Shown here piece by piece: positions 28,338-40,320 of a stretch of 64,000 nucleotides of DNA. Origin of the DNA: Eledone cirrhosa (taxonomy: Eukaryota); the NCBI GenBank assembly GCA_964016885.1, contig OZ024741.1, forward strand, positions 396,676,001 to 396,740,000, given 5' to 3'. Every line of letters starts with the position of its first letter. The stretch's first letter is position 1. A model generated the notes under the pieces. That model saw only the letters and a program-made list of their open reading frames with translations. It did not search any database and was not told the DNA's origin. Position numbers and translations under genes: made by a program.

Positions 28338-31300
28338 CCATCACAACCACCACCACAACCTTCACCACAACCACCACCACCACAACCACTACCACCACCA
28401 CAACAACAACCATCACAACCACCACCACAGCCACTACAACAACCTTCCGCACCACCACCACCACAACAACCACCGCAACCACCACCACAACCACCACAAC
28501 AACCTTCCACACCACCGCGACCAAAACAACCATCACAACCACCATCACAACCACCACAACAAGCTTCACCACCACCACAACCACCACCACAACCACCCCA
28601 TAACAACCATCACAACCACCACCACCACCACCACCACCACAACCTTCACCACCACCACCACCACCACCACCACCACAACAACAACAACAACAACCATCAC
28701 AACCACCACCACAACCTTCACCACAACCACCACCACCGCAACCACCACCACAACCACCATCACCACAACCACCACCACAACAACCATCACAACGACCACA
28801 ACAACCTTCACCACCACCACCACCACCACCACCACCACAACAACAACAAAAACCATCACAACCACCACCACAACCTTCACCACAACCACCACCACCACAA
28901 CCACCACCACAACCACCACAACAACCTTCACCACCACCATCACCACAACCACCACCACAACAACCATCACAACGACCACAACAACCTTCACCACCACCAC
29001 CACCACCACCACCACCACCACAACAACAACCATCACAACCACATCCACAACCTTCACCACCACCACCACCACCACAACAACCATCACAACCACCACCACC
29101 ACAAACTTCACCACCACCACTACCACCACCACCACCACAACAACAACCATCACAACCACCACCACACACCCATCAAAACCACTACCACAACTACCACCAC
29201 AACCACCACAACCACCACCACAACAACCATCACAACCACCACCACAACTGCCACCACCACCACCACAACCACCACCACAACCACCACCACAACCACCACC
29301 ACAACAACCATCACAACCACCACCACAACCACCACAACAACCTTCACCACCACCATTATCACCACCACCACCACAACCACCACCACAACCACCACCATAA
29401 CAACCATCACAACCACCACCACAACCTTCACCACCACCACAACCACCACCACAACAACCATCAGAACCACCACCACAACCTTCACCACCACCACCACCAC
29501 AACCACCATCACAACCACTACAACAACCTTCACCACAACCACCACCACAACCACCACCTCAACTACCATCACAACCACCACCACAACCTTCACCACCACC
29601 ACCACTACCACAACCACCATCACAACCACCACAACAACCTTCACCACAACCACCACAACAACCTTCACCACAACCTTCACCACCACCACCACCACCACAA
29701 CCACCATCACAACCACCACAACAACCTTCACCACAACCACCACCACAACCACCACCACAACCTTCACCACCACCACCACCACAACCACCACCTCAACTAC
29801 CATCACAACCACCACCACAACCTTCACCACCACCACCACCACCACAACCACCATCACAACCACCACAACAACCTTCACCACAACCACCACCACAACCACC
29901 ATCACAACCACCACACAACCTTCACCACCACCACCACCACCACAACCACCATCACAACCACCACAACAACCTTCACCACAACCACCACCACAACCACCAC
30001 CTCAACTACCATCACAACCACCACCACAACCTTCACCACCACCACCACCACAACCACCATCACAACCACCACAACAACCTTCACCACCACCACCACCACA
30101 ACCAGCACCTCAACTACCATCACAACCACCACCACAACCTTCACCACCACCACCACCACCACAACCACCATCACAACCACCACAACAACCTTCACCACCA
30201 CCACCACCACAACCACCACCTCAACTACCATCACAACCACCACCACAACCTTCACCACCACCACCACCACCACCACCACAACCACTACCACCACAACAAC
30301 CTTCACCACAACCACCACCACAACCACCACCTCAACAACCATCACAACCACCACACAACCTTCACCACCACCACCACCACCACAACCACCATCACAACCA
30401 CCACAACAACCTTCACCACAACCACCACCACAACCACCACCACAACCTTCACCACCACCACCACCACAACCACCACACAACCTTCACCACCACCACCACC
30501 ACCACCACAACCACCATCACAACCACCACAACAACCTTCACCACAACCACCACCACAACCACCACCACAACCTTCACCACCACCACCACCACCACAACCA
30601 CCACCACAACCTTCACCACCACCACCACCACCACAACCACCATCACAACCACCACAACAACCTTCACCACAACCACCACCACAACCACCACCTCAACAAC
30701 TATCACAACCACCACCACAACCTTCACCACCATCACCACCACCACAAACTTCACCACCACCACAATAACCATCACAACCACCACCACAGCCACCACAACA
30801 ACCGTCCACACCAGCGCAACCACCACCACAACAACCATCACAACCACCACCACAACAACAACCTTCACCACCACCACTACCACCACTACCACCACTACAA
30901 CCACAACCATCACCACAACAACCATCACAACCACCACCACAACCACCACACCAAACTTCACCACCACTACCACCATCACCACCACTACTACCACCATCAC
31001 CACTACTACAACCATCACCACCACTCCCACCATCAGAACACCAACAACAACAAACTACAACAACGTTTACCATCACCACCACCACTACCCCCACAACAAC
31101 CTTCACCACCACCACTACCCCACAACACCCATCCCCACCACTACCCCCACAACACCCATCACCACCACAACACCACCACCACTACCACAACAACCATCAC
31201 CACCAACCCCCACAATAACCTTCACCACCATAACCACCACCACAACACCCATCACCACCACAACACCACCAACCCCCACAACAACCATCATCATCACCAC

Positions 31301-31627
31301 CACCACCACAACACCACCATAACAACCACAAAAACCTTCACCATCATAACCACAACAACCATCACCACCATCACCACCACCACTACCACAACAACCACAA
31401 CAACCTTCACCAGCATAACCACCACCACCACCACCACCACCACCAATCACCACAACCACCATCACTACCACAACCCCCACAACAACCATCACCACCACCA
31501 CCACCACCAATCCCCACCACCACCATCACTACCACAACCCCCACAACAACCATCACCACCACCACCACCACCACCACCACTACCACAATACCACCACCAA
31601 CAACACCAACAACCACAACAAACTACA
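27285..31627. repeat. 4.3-kb imperfect (ACC/ACA)n trinucleotide tract
   Basis: Almost pure A/C on + with recurring ACCTTCACC and ACCATCACA sub-motifs; the triplet register shifts several times. Confidence 0.95.
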
Positions 31628-31650
31628 GTAAGTAAGACACTATTACTTAC

Positions 31651-31992
31651 CTCCATCCCATTGAACTGTCAGACCAATATTTGTCATGATATGATAGAAG
31701 AATCCACTTTTCGAGATAACTATATCACCTTCTTTTAGAAAGTCACTAGTTATGACTTTCTCGTTTAATTGTAATCCAATTCCTCGAGTCATGAAAATCT
31801 TTTCCTTTTTAATTACTACTTCAATAGCTTTTGTACAAGTGACGTTACCAAGGCCGCATTTCACGTTTCTAACGACAATTGCGAAGGTTCTGTCAAAAGA
31901 CCTGGCCAGAACGTACATACACGAGCCCATAAAAGTATAAGATGTCCCGTCAAATGTAGTATAATGAGGATCACCAGAGGCCCAACAGGTTG
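31651..31992 (-). CDS. vWF/mucin-like protein, exon encoding the N-terminal part of a VWD domain
   Basis: (A)TCWASGDPHYTTFDGTSYTFMGSCMYVLA...VTCTKAIEV...GLTVQWDG(G) matches the VWD signature. Acceptor tttacag, donor gtaagt; 342 nt, phase 1 to 1. Confidence 0.95.
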
Positions 31993-32096
31993 CTGTAAAG
32001 GAAACAAAGAAATGAAAACAAAAATTAAAATATAAGAAAAAAAATGAGAACATATCGTTGCCAGACTCTTATGTAATAGGTTGAGTATTTTGAAAG

Positions 32097-32240
32097 ACAA
32101 GGTGGTGAGCTGGTAGAGTTGTTAGACCGTCGGATAGAATGGTTTGTTGTATTCGATTCTCTAATCCCACCAAGGTCAACTTTGCCTTTCATTCATTTAA
32201 AATCGATAAAGAAGTACCAGTCAAGAACTGAGGTCGATTC
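32097..32240 (+). mobile_element. Degenerate, internally deleted tRNA-SINE
   Basis: GGTGGTGAGCTGGTAGAGTTGTTAGA head and GGTCAACTTTGCCTTTCAT...TCGATAAA...AAGTACCAG core shared with other copies in the window. Confidence 0.75.
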
Positions 32241-32265
32241 TTCCTTTAAATCCCTTTCTCACTTC

Positions 32266-32378
<113 letters not shown>

Positions 32379-32382
32379 AAAA

Positions 32383-32480
32383 AGTATGACCCCGACGGCA
32401 GAGCTTAAGCCGTTTCGACGGCTATTTCTGGACTGAAATAGCTGTCGAAACGGCTTGAGCTCTGCCGTCGGGGTCATACT
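32383..32480. repeat. 98-bp near-perfect palindrome (46-bp arms, 6-nt loop)
   Basis: 32383-32428 is the reverse complement of 32435-32480 with 2 mismatches; loop TGGACT. Confidence 0.95.
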
Positions 32481-32593
32481 CGTTTCTATTACCAACTCTA
32501 CTACCCTAAGTATTGAGTACTCTGGCGCGTTATGGTCCATCTGGTTCCTTACCACAACTCCTTCGTTATATATATATATATATATATATATAT

Positions 32594-32806
32594 GCTCACC
32601 GACATCCAGAGTTGACACTGCACTCAATGCTCCTGTGGGAGCCCCTGCATGGACACATTGGAAGGGGAAGACCGAGGTTAACATATGTTGATGTGCTAAG
32701 GACAGACACTGGTCTGTTGGAGATGCAGGACATGGCAGCGATAATGAGGGACAGAGGCGGCTGGAGAGAACTCATCCATGGATCTCGGGAATTTTACCCG
32801 CCCTAG
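32594..32806 (+). mobile_element. 3' fragment of an RTE-clade LINE (different family from the adjacent long copy)
   Basis: Translates LLWEPLHGHIGRGRPRLTYVDVLRTDTG...MRDRGGWRELI, the RGRP...DR..W C-terminus typical of RTE ORFs. Confidence 0.8.
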
Positions 32807-32812
32807 ATATAT

Positions 32813-35800
32813 GTGTATATAAACAACTGCGTAAACAGCAATAACACTAACCATGTTAGGGCTGCGCGCGGTAGTGGGGTGGCTAGTGAGGCCATGTGTG
32901 AGAACCACACGACCATCAGCAAGCAATCGCACAACAGGAAAAAGAACAAGACATCGCATCTCAGAGTTGCCACACTTAATGTTGGCACTCTAACAGGTAG
33001 ATCTGGTGAGATAGCGGAGATGCTGGAGAGAAGGAAGGTGGATGTGTGCTGTGTGCAAGAGGTGAGATGGAGAGGTACCTCTGCAAGACTAATCGCAGGC
33101 AAACATCGTAGTTATAAGCTTTTCTGGGTGGGTAATGATGATGAGTTAGGTGGGGTAGGCATATTACTGGCTCAAATTTGGATCAATTAGACAATAGAGG
33201 TAGTTAGAGATAGTGATAGAATAATTAAGCTTAGATTAGTTGTAGGCAAGAGACTACTGACAATCATCTCTGCCCATGCTCCCCAGGCAGGCCTAGGTAA
33301 AGAAGAGAAAGACTGCTTTTACGAGCAACTTTTACAAACAGACTCAATGACAGAGGACAGGGACATCGTTATGCTAGCGGGGGACTTCAATGGACATGTT
33401 GGACAGCTCCAGGATGGATATACTGGGGTACATGGTGGGCACGGTTACGGCTCAAGAAATGAAGAAGGAGTGAGGCTTCTTGAATTTTGTGATGCAAATG
33501 CACTAACCATTTGTAACACTAACTTCCAGAAGCCTACCAACCACCTAATAACCTACAAATCAGGCGAGCACATAAGCCAGATTGACTTCCTGCTAGTTAG
33601 GCAGCGAGACAGACATATGGTGTCAAATACTAAGGCATACCCTGGGGAAGAATGTACCCCACAGCATAGGTTAGTCGTTAGTGATATCTCAGTAAGCATG
33701 AGAAAGAATGAGACATACAGGAAGGTGTGGAAAAGAAAGCTCTGGAAGCTAAAAGACCTTTAATTAAAATATAAATTTAGCAAAGCCCTTCAAGACGTGT
33801 ATGACGAAAAAGAAGACGATTTAGAGTTGTATGACATAGATGATAACTGGACTTTCTTACGTGGCAACTTACTGCAGGCTACTGATGAAACTTGTAGTTG
33901 GGGGAGAGCTTCAACCAGACAGAGAGTGACCTGGTGGTGGAACAGCACGTAGATAGGGCCATTAGAGACAAACGACTGGCATGGAAGGCTTGGAAAAATG
34001 GTGGGAGTAGGGAAGGATACACAGCTGTTAGGAGAGACGCTAGACGTCAGGTGTACTTAGCACGCAGGGACGCTGAGAGTAGGAGGTTTGCCAATGTTCT
34101 GCGACGGGAAGATCAGAGACGTGCGGTCTTCCGCATTGCAAAGCAGTGTGTCAGTACAAATCAGGATGTTGTTGGAGATAAGTGTGTCTGGAATGATGCC
34201 GGTGTACTTAGTGTCACGAATGATAAAAAAGAGGAAGCCTGGAAATATCACTATGAGAGACTGATGAATGTGGAGAACGAATGGGAGAGAGAGAAATTAC
34301 CCTCAGTAGATCCGACAGAGGGGCCAGCTATTGAGATTGACGAATATAGGGTACAAGAGGCAATTAAAGAAATGAAGAATGGTAAGGCTGCTGGACTGTC
34401 GGGGATATTTGCTGAGATGCTGAAGGTATCAGGTGAAGTAGGCATTAAACTGGTTGCACGCATCATTAATCAAGCTATATATGGTGGTGTCATACCCAAA
34501 GACTGGTGCAGCAATATTCTCATAAATTGCTACAAAGGTAAAGGGGATGCTCTAGAGAGGAGCAATTATAGGGGCATAAAGCTGATGGATCAGGTTATGA
34601 AAGTGGCAGAGAGAATATTAGCGCAACTGATTAGAGAAAGGGTCAAATTAGATGAGATGCAGTTTGGTTTTGTGTCTTGGAAAAGTACAACAGATACTCT
34701 CTTCTTAGTGAGGCAACTACAAGAGAGGTTCTTAGAGAAGAATAAGCCACTATACTTAGCTTTTGTTGACCTAGAGAAGGCCTTTGATAGGGTACCCCGA
34801 TCTGTCATCTGGTGGTTATTAAGGAAACTAGGCGTGGAGGAATGGCTTGTGAGGGCAGTGCAAGCTATATACAGGGGTGCTGTCAGTAAAGTGAGAGTAG
34901 GTATGGAGTTTAATGAGGAATTCCAGATACAAGTAGGTGTATATCAGGGTTCGGTCCTCAGCCCGCTCTTGTTCATTATAGTCCTCCAAGCCATAACAGA
35001 GGAGTTTAAGACTGGATGCTCATGGGAACTTCTCTATGCTGATGATCTGGCACTTATAGCAGAATCAGTAGAGGAGCTAGAGAATAAATTTTGGCTATGG
35101 AAACAGCAGTTGGAATCAAGAGAACTCAGAGTGAATATAGCTAAGACAAAAGTGTTGATAAGTAGAAGAGAGGACAATACTCCGATTTCATCAGGGAAAT
35201 GGCCATGTTCGATATGTAGGAAAGGAACTGACATAAATTCCATAAAATGTACGCAATACAGATCTTGGTTACACACGAGATGTAGTGGGATAGCAGGCAA
35301 ACTAACAGGTAGGGAAAACTACGTATGCAGTAGATGTACAGGGAAAGTTGGCAGTATTAATCGCAGTGATAGACACATTTTTCCAATCGAGGTGAGTTCT
35401 ATAGAAGTGGTTGATAGCTTCCGGTACCTAGGAGATCAGATTAGCATGGTAGGGGGTGTTCCGATGCCATAGTATCTAGAATAATGACGGGTTGGAAGAA
35501 GTTTAGGGAGCTGCTTCCTTTGTTGACAAAGAAGGGTTTTTCCCTGCATACGAAAGGCCAGTTATATGATGCCTGTGTGAGATGCGCGATGCTGCATGGA
35601 AGTGAGACATGGGCGGCAACTGCAGAGGATATGCGACGGCTCGAGAGAAATGAAGCAAGTATGCTCCGTTGGATGTGCAATGTCAATGTGCGTGAACGAC
35701 CAAGCATGGACGAGTTGAGAAAGAAACTGGGTATAAGAGGGATAAGTTGTGGTGTGCAGGAGAGAAGGCTGAGATGGTATGGGCATGTGATGCGCATGGA

Positions 35801-36036
35801 GGATGACCGCTGGGTAAAGAAGTGCCAAGAAATCCCAGTAGAAGGAAGACGCAGTAGAGGAAGGCCACGTAAAACATGGGCGGAGGTGGTGAGAGCAGAC
35901 CTCAGATCGCTGAAACTCACCGAGGAGATGACGAAGGACCGTGACAAGTGGAGAGATGCCGTGCTGAATAGGACCCGTCCAACCCTTGCAAGCAGGGAAA
36001 AGCGGACGTAAAATGATGATATGATGATGATGATGA

Positions 36037-36040
<4 letters not shown>
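32813..36040 (+). mobile_element. Near full-length, inactivated RTE-clade LINE (APE endonuclease, RT, PHD-like finger)
   Basis: APE motifs ATLNVGTL, CVQEVRW, AGDFNGHVG, QIDF, QHRLV; RT motifs FVDLEKAFD, QGSVLSPLLF, LYADD; C-terminal RGRPRKTW; (ATG)n tail. Stops at 33188 and 33761 and frameshifts near 33900-33950 and 35460. Confidence 0.95.
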
Positions 36041-36070
<30 letters not shown>

Positions 36071-36195
36071 TCTGGAAGAAATCTGCTGTATTCAGACCTA
36101 GAGAGGAGATGAGCTCCGCTAGGTTTTTAAAAAAGGCCAAAGAAACGCCATATGTTAATATGGCATCCTTACGCCTCCCTCGGAAATTACGGGTC

Positions 36196-36227
<32 letters not shown>

Positions 36228-36330
36228 TGCACACACACACACACACATTATATATATATATATATATATATAATGGAAAAATTTGAACAGGGACAAAACA
36301 GAGAGGCAGTACAACGAATGTTTATTAATT

Positions 36331-36396
36331 TCACGCTCTGGGGAGTGGGGTGTTGGTGGGGGACGACGTTTCGGGCATAAGCCCTTCCTCAGGTGA
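36331..36396 (-). ncRNA. Degenerate minimal hammerhead-like motif
   Basis: Minus strand: TCAC-CTGAGGA-A-GGGC TTAT GCCC-GAAACGTC; the stem I partner GTGA is displaced by about 30 nt; AATAAA (36326-36321) and a (TA)n tract follow. Confidence 0.45.
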
Positions 36397-36584
36397 GAAG
36401 TGTGTGGGAACAGAGTTCAAAGGGTGTGTAGGGGAGTGGTGGAGAGACATATAGCGAAAGGAAACGGTGCGAATGAAAAAATAAAAAATAAAGATAAAAA
36501 TAAAAATAAAGCATGATCAAAATACAAGGAATGAGATAAATTTAAATATAAAGGCATGATCAAAATAAACTGAAATTAAAAGGG

Positions 36585-37790
36585 GGGTAAACAGGTGGTG
36601 GAAGGGTGTGGGGTGTGTAGGGGTGGTGGCGGGTGGAGTGGAGAGAGGGAGACGGGGTGTCCGAGCGGGGAGGGCTGAAGGTGGTGTGTGTGTGTAGGTG
36701 TGCGTGTGTGTGTGTGTGTGTGTGTATGTGAAAGTAAGGGTTGGGGGAAGAACGGGGTTGCATGTTCAGGAAGAGGTGTGTGTGTGTGGGGGGGGGGGGG
36801 TCGGAGTGTCTGTGCGTGTGTGGATAGAGGGGTGGGGGGAGAGGAATCAGGAGGCTGAGGGTGTAAATATGTGGTGGAAAGCACGTGTGTGTGGGGTTTA
36901 AGCGTGTTGTGGGTGTAGGTGGCGTGTGGAGAAAAACATTTTTTGGGGGTGTGTGTGTGTGGGTGAGTTATATAGGTGATTACGTAAGAGGATGGTTGAA
37001 AAGTAGGTAAATTCCGAAGATGTTTAGTGGATTCGTTGTTGGTCAATTTCTGCGTGAGGGTATTCCATGAAGCGATGGTCGGAAGAGGAGAGATGTGGGG
37101 TGCGCGCGCAACAGGAAGTGGTCAAGCAGTGGGAGTGCTGTGTGTCTGTTTGTGTTGGGAGGTGGTCAGAGGGCATAGCAGCAGTCGGTGGAATGGTAAA
37201 GGGGCGAGGATGGGTAGGTGTGAAAGTTGGAGTGAGGAGGGTGTGTGTGTGTGTATTAGTAGAGGTGTTAATGGGATGAGTGAGTGTGGAGCGAGGGTGT
37301 GGGTGGAGCGGGGAGAGAAGGGTGTGTGTGGTTCTATGGAGGGAGTGTGGTGTACTGGTGTGTGTGTAGTTTGATGAAGAGGTGTTAGTGGGTGTTAGTA
37401 TACGGGAGGTGGGGAGGGGTTGAATGCAGGTGTGAGTGGGGGTTAATGGTGGTAGGGTGTGTAGGGTTGGTGGTGTACGAAGGTGTGTGGGTACGTGTGC
37501 GTGGGTGCGTGTGTTCGTGTGCTTGGGGTTAGGGGGTGTTAGTGAGGTTAGTTGCGGGGTGGAGGGATGGAGGTGTGGGGGTGAGAGGTGTGGGGGTGAG
37601 GGTTAGTGGTGGTAGTAGGGTGTGTGTTTAGTGTGAGCGCGTGTATATATGTGCCGGTGGGTGTGTGCGTGTGATAAGGAGGGGGAGGAGGAGAAGAGGG
37701 GAGGGATGTTAGTATGTTAGTTGGGGAAGGGTGGTCAGATGAGGGGGTGGAGTGAAGGTGTTAGTATTGTTAGTTGTGGGGTGGGCGGTG
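36585..37790. repeat. G/T-rich low-complexity region
   Basis: Strong G+T bias with (GT)n and G runs. Confidence 0.85.
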
Positions 37791-37864
37791 AAATTAGAAG
37801 TTCAAGATATTATCTACTAGGCTATTTTAATGATACTTACTCCACAGGACAAGATAAAGAACTC

Positions 37865-38680
37865 TGCAGTATCGGTAGAGGGTCGGACGCCATGCTTTGC
37901 AGCAAAGAGTTACGGCCCTTTATAGTCTGAGTTCAAATCCCGCCTAGGTTAACTTTGCCTTTCATCCTTACGGGGTCGATAAAATAAAGTACCAGTAATA
38001 CACTGAGATAATTGCTGGCCTTGTGCCAAAAGTAGAAACAATTATTACTAGTACAAGGGCAGTGGATTGACTAAGTTGGTAGAGTGTCGGACAACATGCT
38101 TTGCGGCATATAGTTACGGCCTTTAACTTTCTGAGTTCAAAGTCCGCCGAGTTTATGATTAGTAACACACTGGGGTCGATTCAATCGACTTTCCCTCCCC
38201 CAAATTGTTGGCCTTGTGCTAAAATCAGAAACCATTATTAGAGGGCGGTGATTTGACAGTTTTGGCAGAGCATCAGACAAGCTTTGCAGCATAGAGTGAT
38301 GTCCCTTTACGTCCTGAGTTCAAATCCCGCCGATGTTAACTTTGGCTTTCATCGCTACAGCATCGATGAAATAAAGTACCGGTTGACTTTGCCTTTCATC
38401 CTTACGGGGTCGATAAAATAAAGTACCAGTAATGCACTGGGTAATTGCTGGCCTTGTGCCTAAAAGTAGAAACAATTATTTATTTGTTTATTGGGTGGAT
38501 TGGCAGTATCGGTAGAGGGTCGGACACCATGCTTTCCAGTATAGTTACGTCCCTTTACGATCTGAGTTCAAATCCCGCCGAGGTTGACTTTGCCTTTCAT
38601 CCTTACAGGATTGATAAAATAAAGTACCAGTAATGCACTGGGTAATTGCGGGCCTTGTGCCTAAAGTAGAAACAATTATT
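37865..38680 (+). mobile_element. Cluster of about 4-5 head-to-tail tRNA-SINE copies
   Basis: Repeated GGTAGAG.GTCGGAC head, CTGAGTTCAAATCCCGCCGA B box, CTTTGCCTTTCATCCTTACGGGGTCGATAAAATAAAGTACCAG core and GGCCTTGTGCC.AAAGTAGAAACAATTATT tail. The core resembles Meta/MESC-type SINE domains from memory (unverified). Confidence 0.9.
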
Positions 38681-38698
38681 TAATTGTTTATTTCTTAC

Positions 38699-38748
38699 CT
38701 GAGCATTTTGTTTTTGAAACTGTTTTCCAAATATGCTTCTCGCAAATT
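38699..38748 (-). CDS. vWF/mucin-like protein, 50-nt exon (end of E' module)
   Basis: tgtttcag|A ATT TGC GAG AAG CAT ATT TGG ... TGC TCA G|gtaaga = (L)ICEKHIWKTVSKTKCS(A); phase 2 to 1, fitting both neighbouring exons. Confidence 0.88.
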
Positions 38749-39029
38749 CTGAAACATAAAACAAAATTCAGCTTTCAATATGTTAAACAATAAATTAGAA
38801 CATGAAATATTTGGGAATTGAGGGGTCTTAACAAAATGTCTAAATTCTATTTTGAGACCAGTGGCTTCTCAGGCCGATGCTTATCCTGGTTTTTGTGGCG
38901 TGAAGTGATAGTACAGTCTACGTTCGAAACTTTATGCAGGAAAGTTTACTGTGATGGTATGGGGTCCTATTTAGAGAAAGATTTGTCTCTAATATCTACT
39001 GAACGCAAGAGAAAACTGAATTTTAAATT

Positions 39030-39262
39030 GGTAATCGACTTTCCTCTTCCCCCAAAATTGTTGGCCTTGTGTCTAAAGTAGATTGGCAGAATCGGTAGAG
39101 CGTCGGACGCCATGTTTTGCAGCATAGAGTTACGGCCCTTTAAGGTCTGAGTTCAAATCCCACCGAGTTTAACTTTGCCTTTCATCCTTACGAGATTGAT
39201 AAAATAAAGTACCAGTAATGTACTGGGTAATTACTGGCCTTGTGCCAAAAATAAAAACCATT
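39030..39262 (+). mobile_element. tRNA-SINE: tail fragment plus a near complete copy
   Basis: Same head, B box, core and tail as the 37865-38680 copies. Confidence 0.88.
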
Positions 39263-39617
39263 ATTATATTGTTTAGTTTCCGTTGTGGATTTTTCAGAAA
39301 AAGAAGGAGCGGCGCCTTTAACCCTACTCAAAGCCTTGAAATCTGTTGGAAGTTGGGGAGGAAGAGATCACGACTGACGGAGTTTCAGCTGCTGGAGGCT
39401 GTTGTACTCGGGTCACATATCAAATCCCCACTTGGAATGGCTCTTTCAACGCGTCTCCCTCACCTCCAGGGAACGCCTTCTCTATTATGTCCGGCGTGGG
39501 CCACAGGGCAGCCACGGCGTGGGCCACAGGGCAGCCACCGCATGGGCCTCTATTTACATACAATAGTTGGAGATGAAAAAGGGTGAGAGAGACGGAGGAA
39601 GTGAGTTTTCAATGGCA

Positions 39618-39718
39618 AAGGACCGTGACAAGTGGAGAGATGCTGTGCTGAATAGGACCTGTTTCACCCTTGCAAGCAGGGAAAAGCGGACGTAAAATGA
39701 TGATGATGATGATGATGA
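39618..39718 (+). mobile_element. Severely 5'-truncated RTE copy (same family as 32813-36040)
   Basis: AAGGACCGTGACAAGTGGAGAGATG...GCGGACGTAAAATGATG nearly identical to 35934-36020, with an (ATG)n tail. Confidence 0.92.
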
Positions 39719-39997
39719 TAAAAGGTGCCTGAAACTGCTCGTTTCTAAAATACAAAGCTGTCTATTTTAAAATGAATATATTTATATATATCTATATTGT
39801 ACCTTATTTCATTATATCTTTTAGTCCTTGTGTGCCTTTCGTAGAGTGCACTCTGTTGCAAGCATTCAGATAAGGTCTCTGGTTTGACGATACTATGATC
39901 ACCCTACCCATAGTCTCAAATGCCAGGGAAAACGATAATGGGTATTGTCCCTCCCTGTTTAAACAGTAAAAATATTATAACATAAAAAGGCACTTAC

Positions 39998-40089
39998 AAT
40001 TCTTTACAACCAACTTTAATTTTCTGCCCTCGTTTATACCACTTATCGTCATATCTACACGGGCAATCATCTAAATTGATGCATGCACC
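39998..40089 (-). CDS. vWF/mucin-like protein, 92-nt exon (TIL' end, E' start)
   Basis: gaaacag|GACINLDDCPCRYDDKWYKRGQKIKVGCKE(L)|gtaagt; phase 0 to 2; matches the GxCVxxxxCPC...YxxG...C pattern. Confidence 0.92.
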
Positions 40090-40141
40090 CTGTTTCAAGA
40101 AACAAAAATATATTAAGTATATATAACGTATACACATATAC

Positions 40142-40320
40142 AAGGCGGTGAATTGGCAGAGTCGTTAGAGCGTCGGATAGAATACTTTGTGGCATTTGTT
40201 CAGACTTTCTGCCCTCTCAGTTCAAACCTACCTTGATCAACTTTACCTTTCATCCATTCGATGTCGATAAAAGAGTACCAGTCCAGTACTTGGATCGATC
40301 TTTCCTCTGTATACCTTCCT
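40142..40320 (+). mobile_element. Degenerate tRNA-SINE
   Basis: AAGGCGGTGAATTGGCAGAGTCGTTAGAGCGTCGGA head, CAGTTCAAACC B box, CCTTTCATCC...GTCGATAAA core. Confidence 0.8.

Noticed and set aside
27285-31633. (ACC/ACA)n as a poly-Thr mucin exon, with a + strand GTAAGT at 31628
   Set aside because: Opposite strand to the VWD gene, repeated frame shifts, in-tract stops and no good acceptor; the poly-Val and Gly-Cys ORFs on minus are the same artefact.
33898-35472. 524-aa RT ORF as an active retrotransposon or host gene
   Set aside because: It is a fragment of a LINE broken by stops and frameshifts.
39493-39538. 23-bp GC-rich direct duplication and overlapping short ORFs at 39218-39586
   Set aside because: Two copies only, no recognisable protein motif or splice context.
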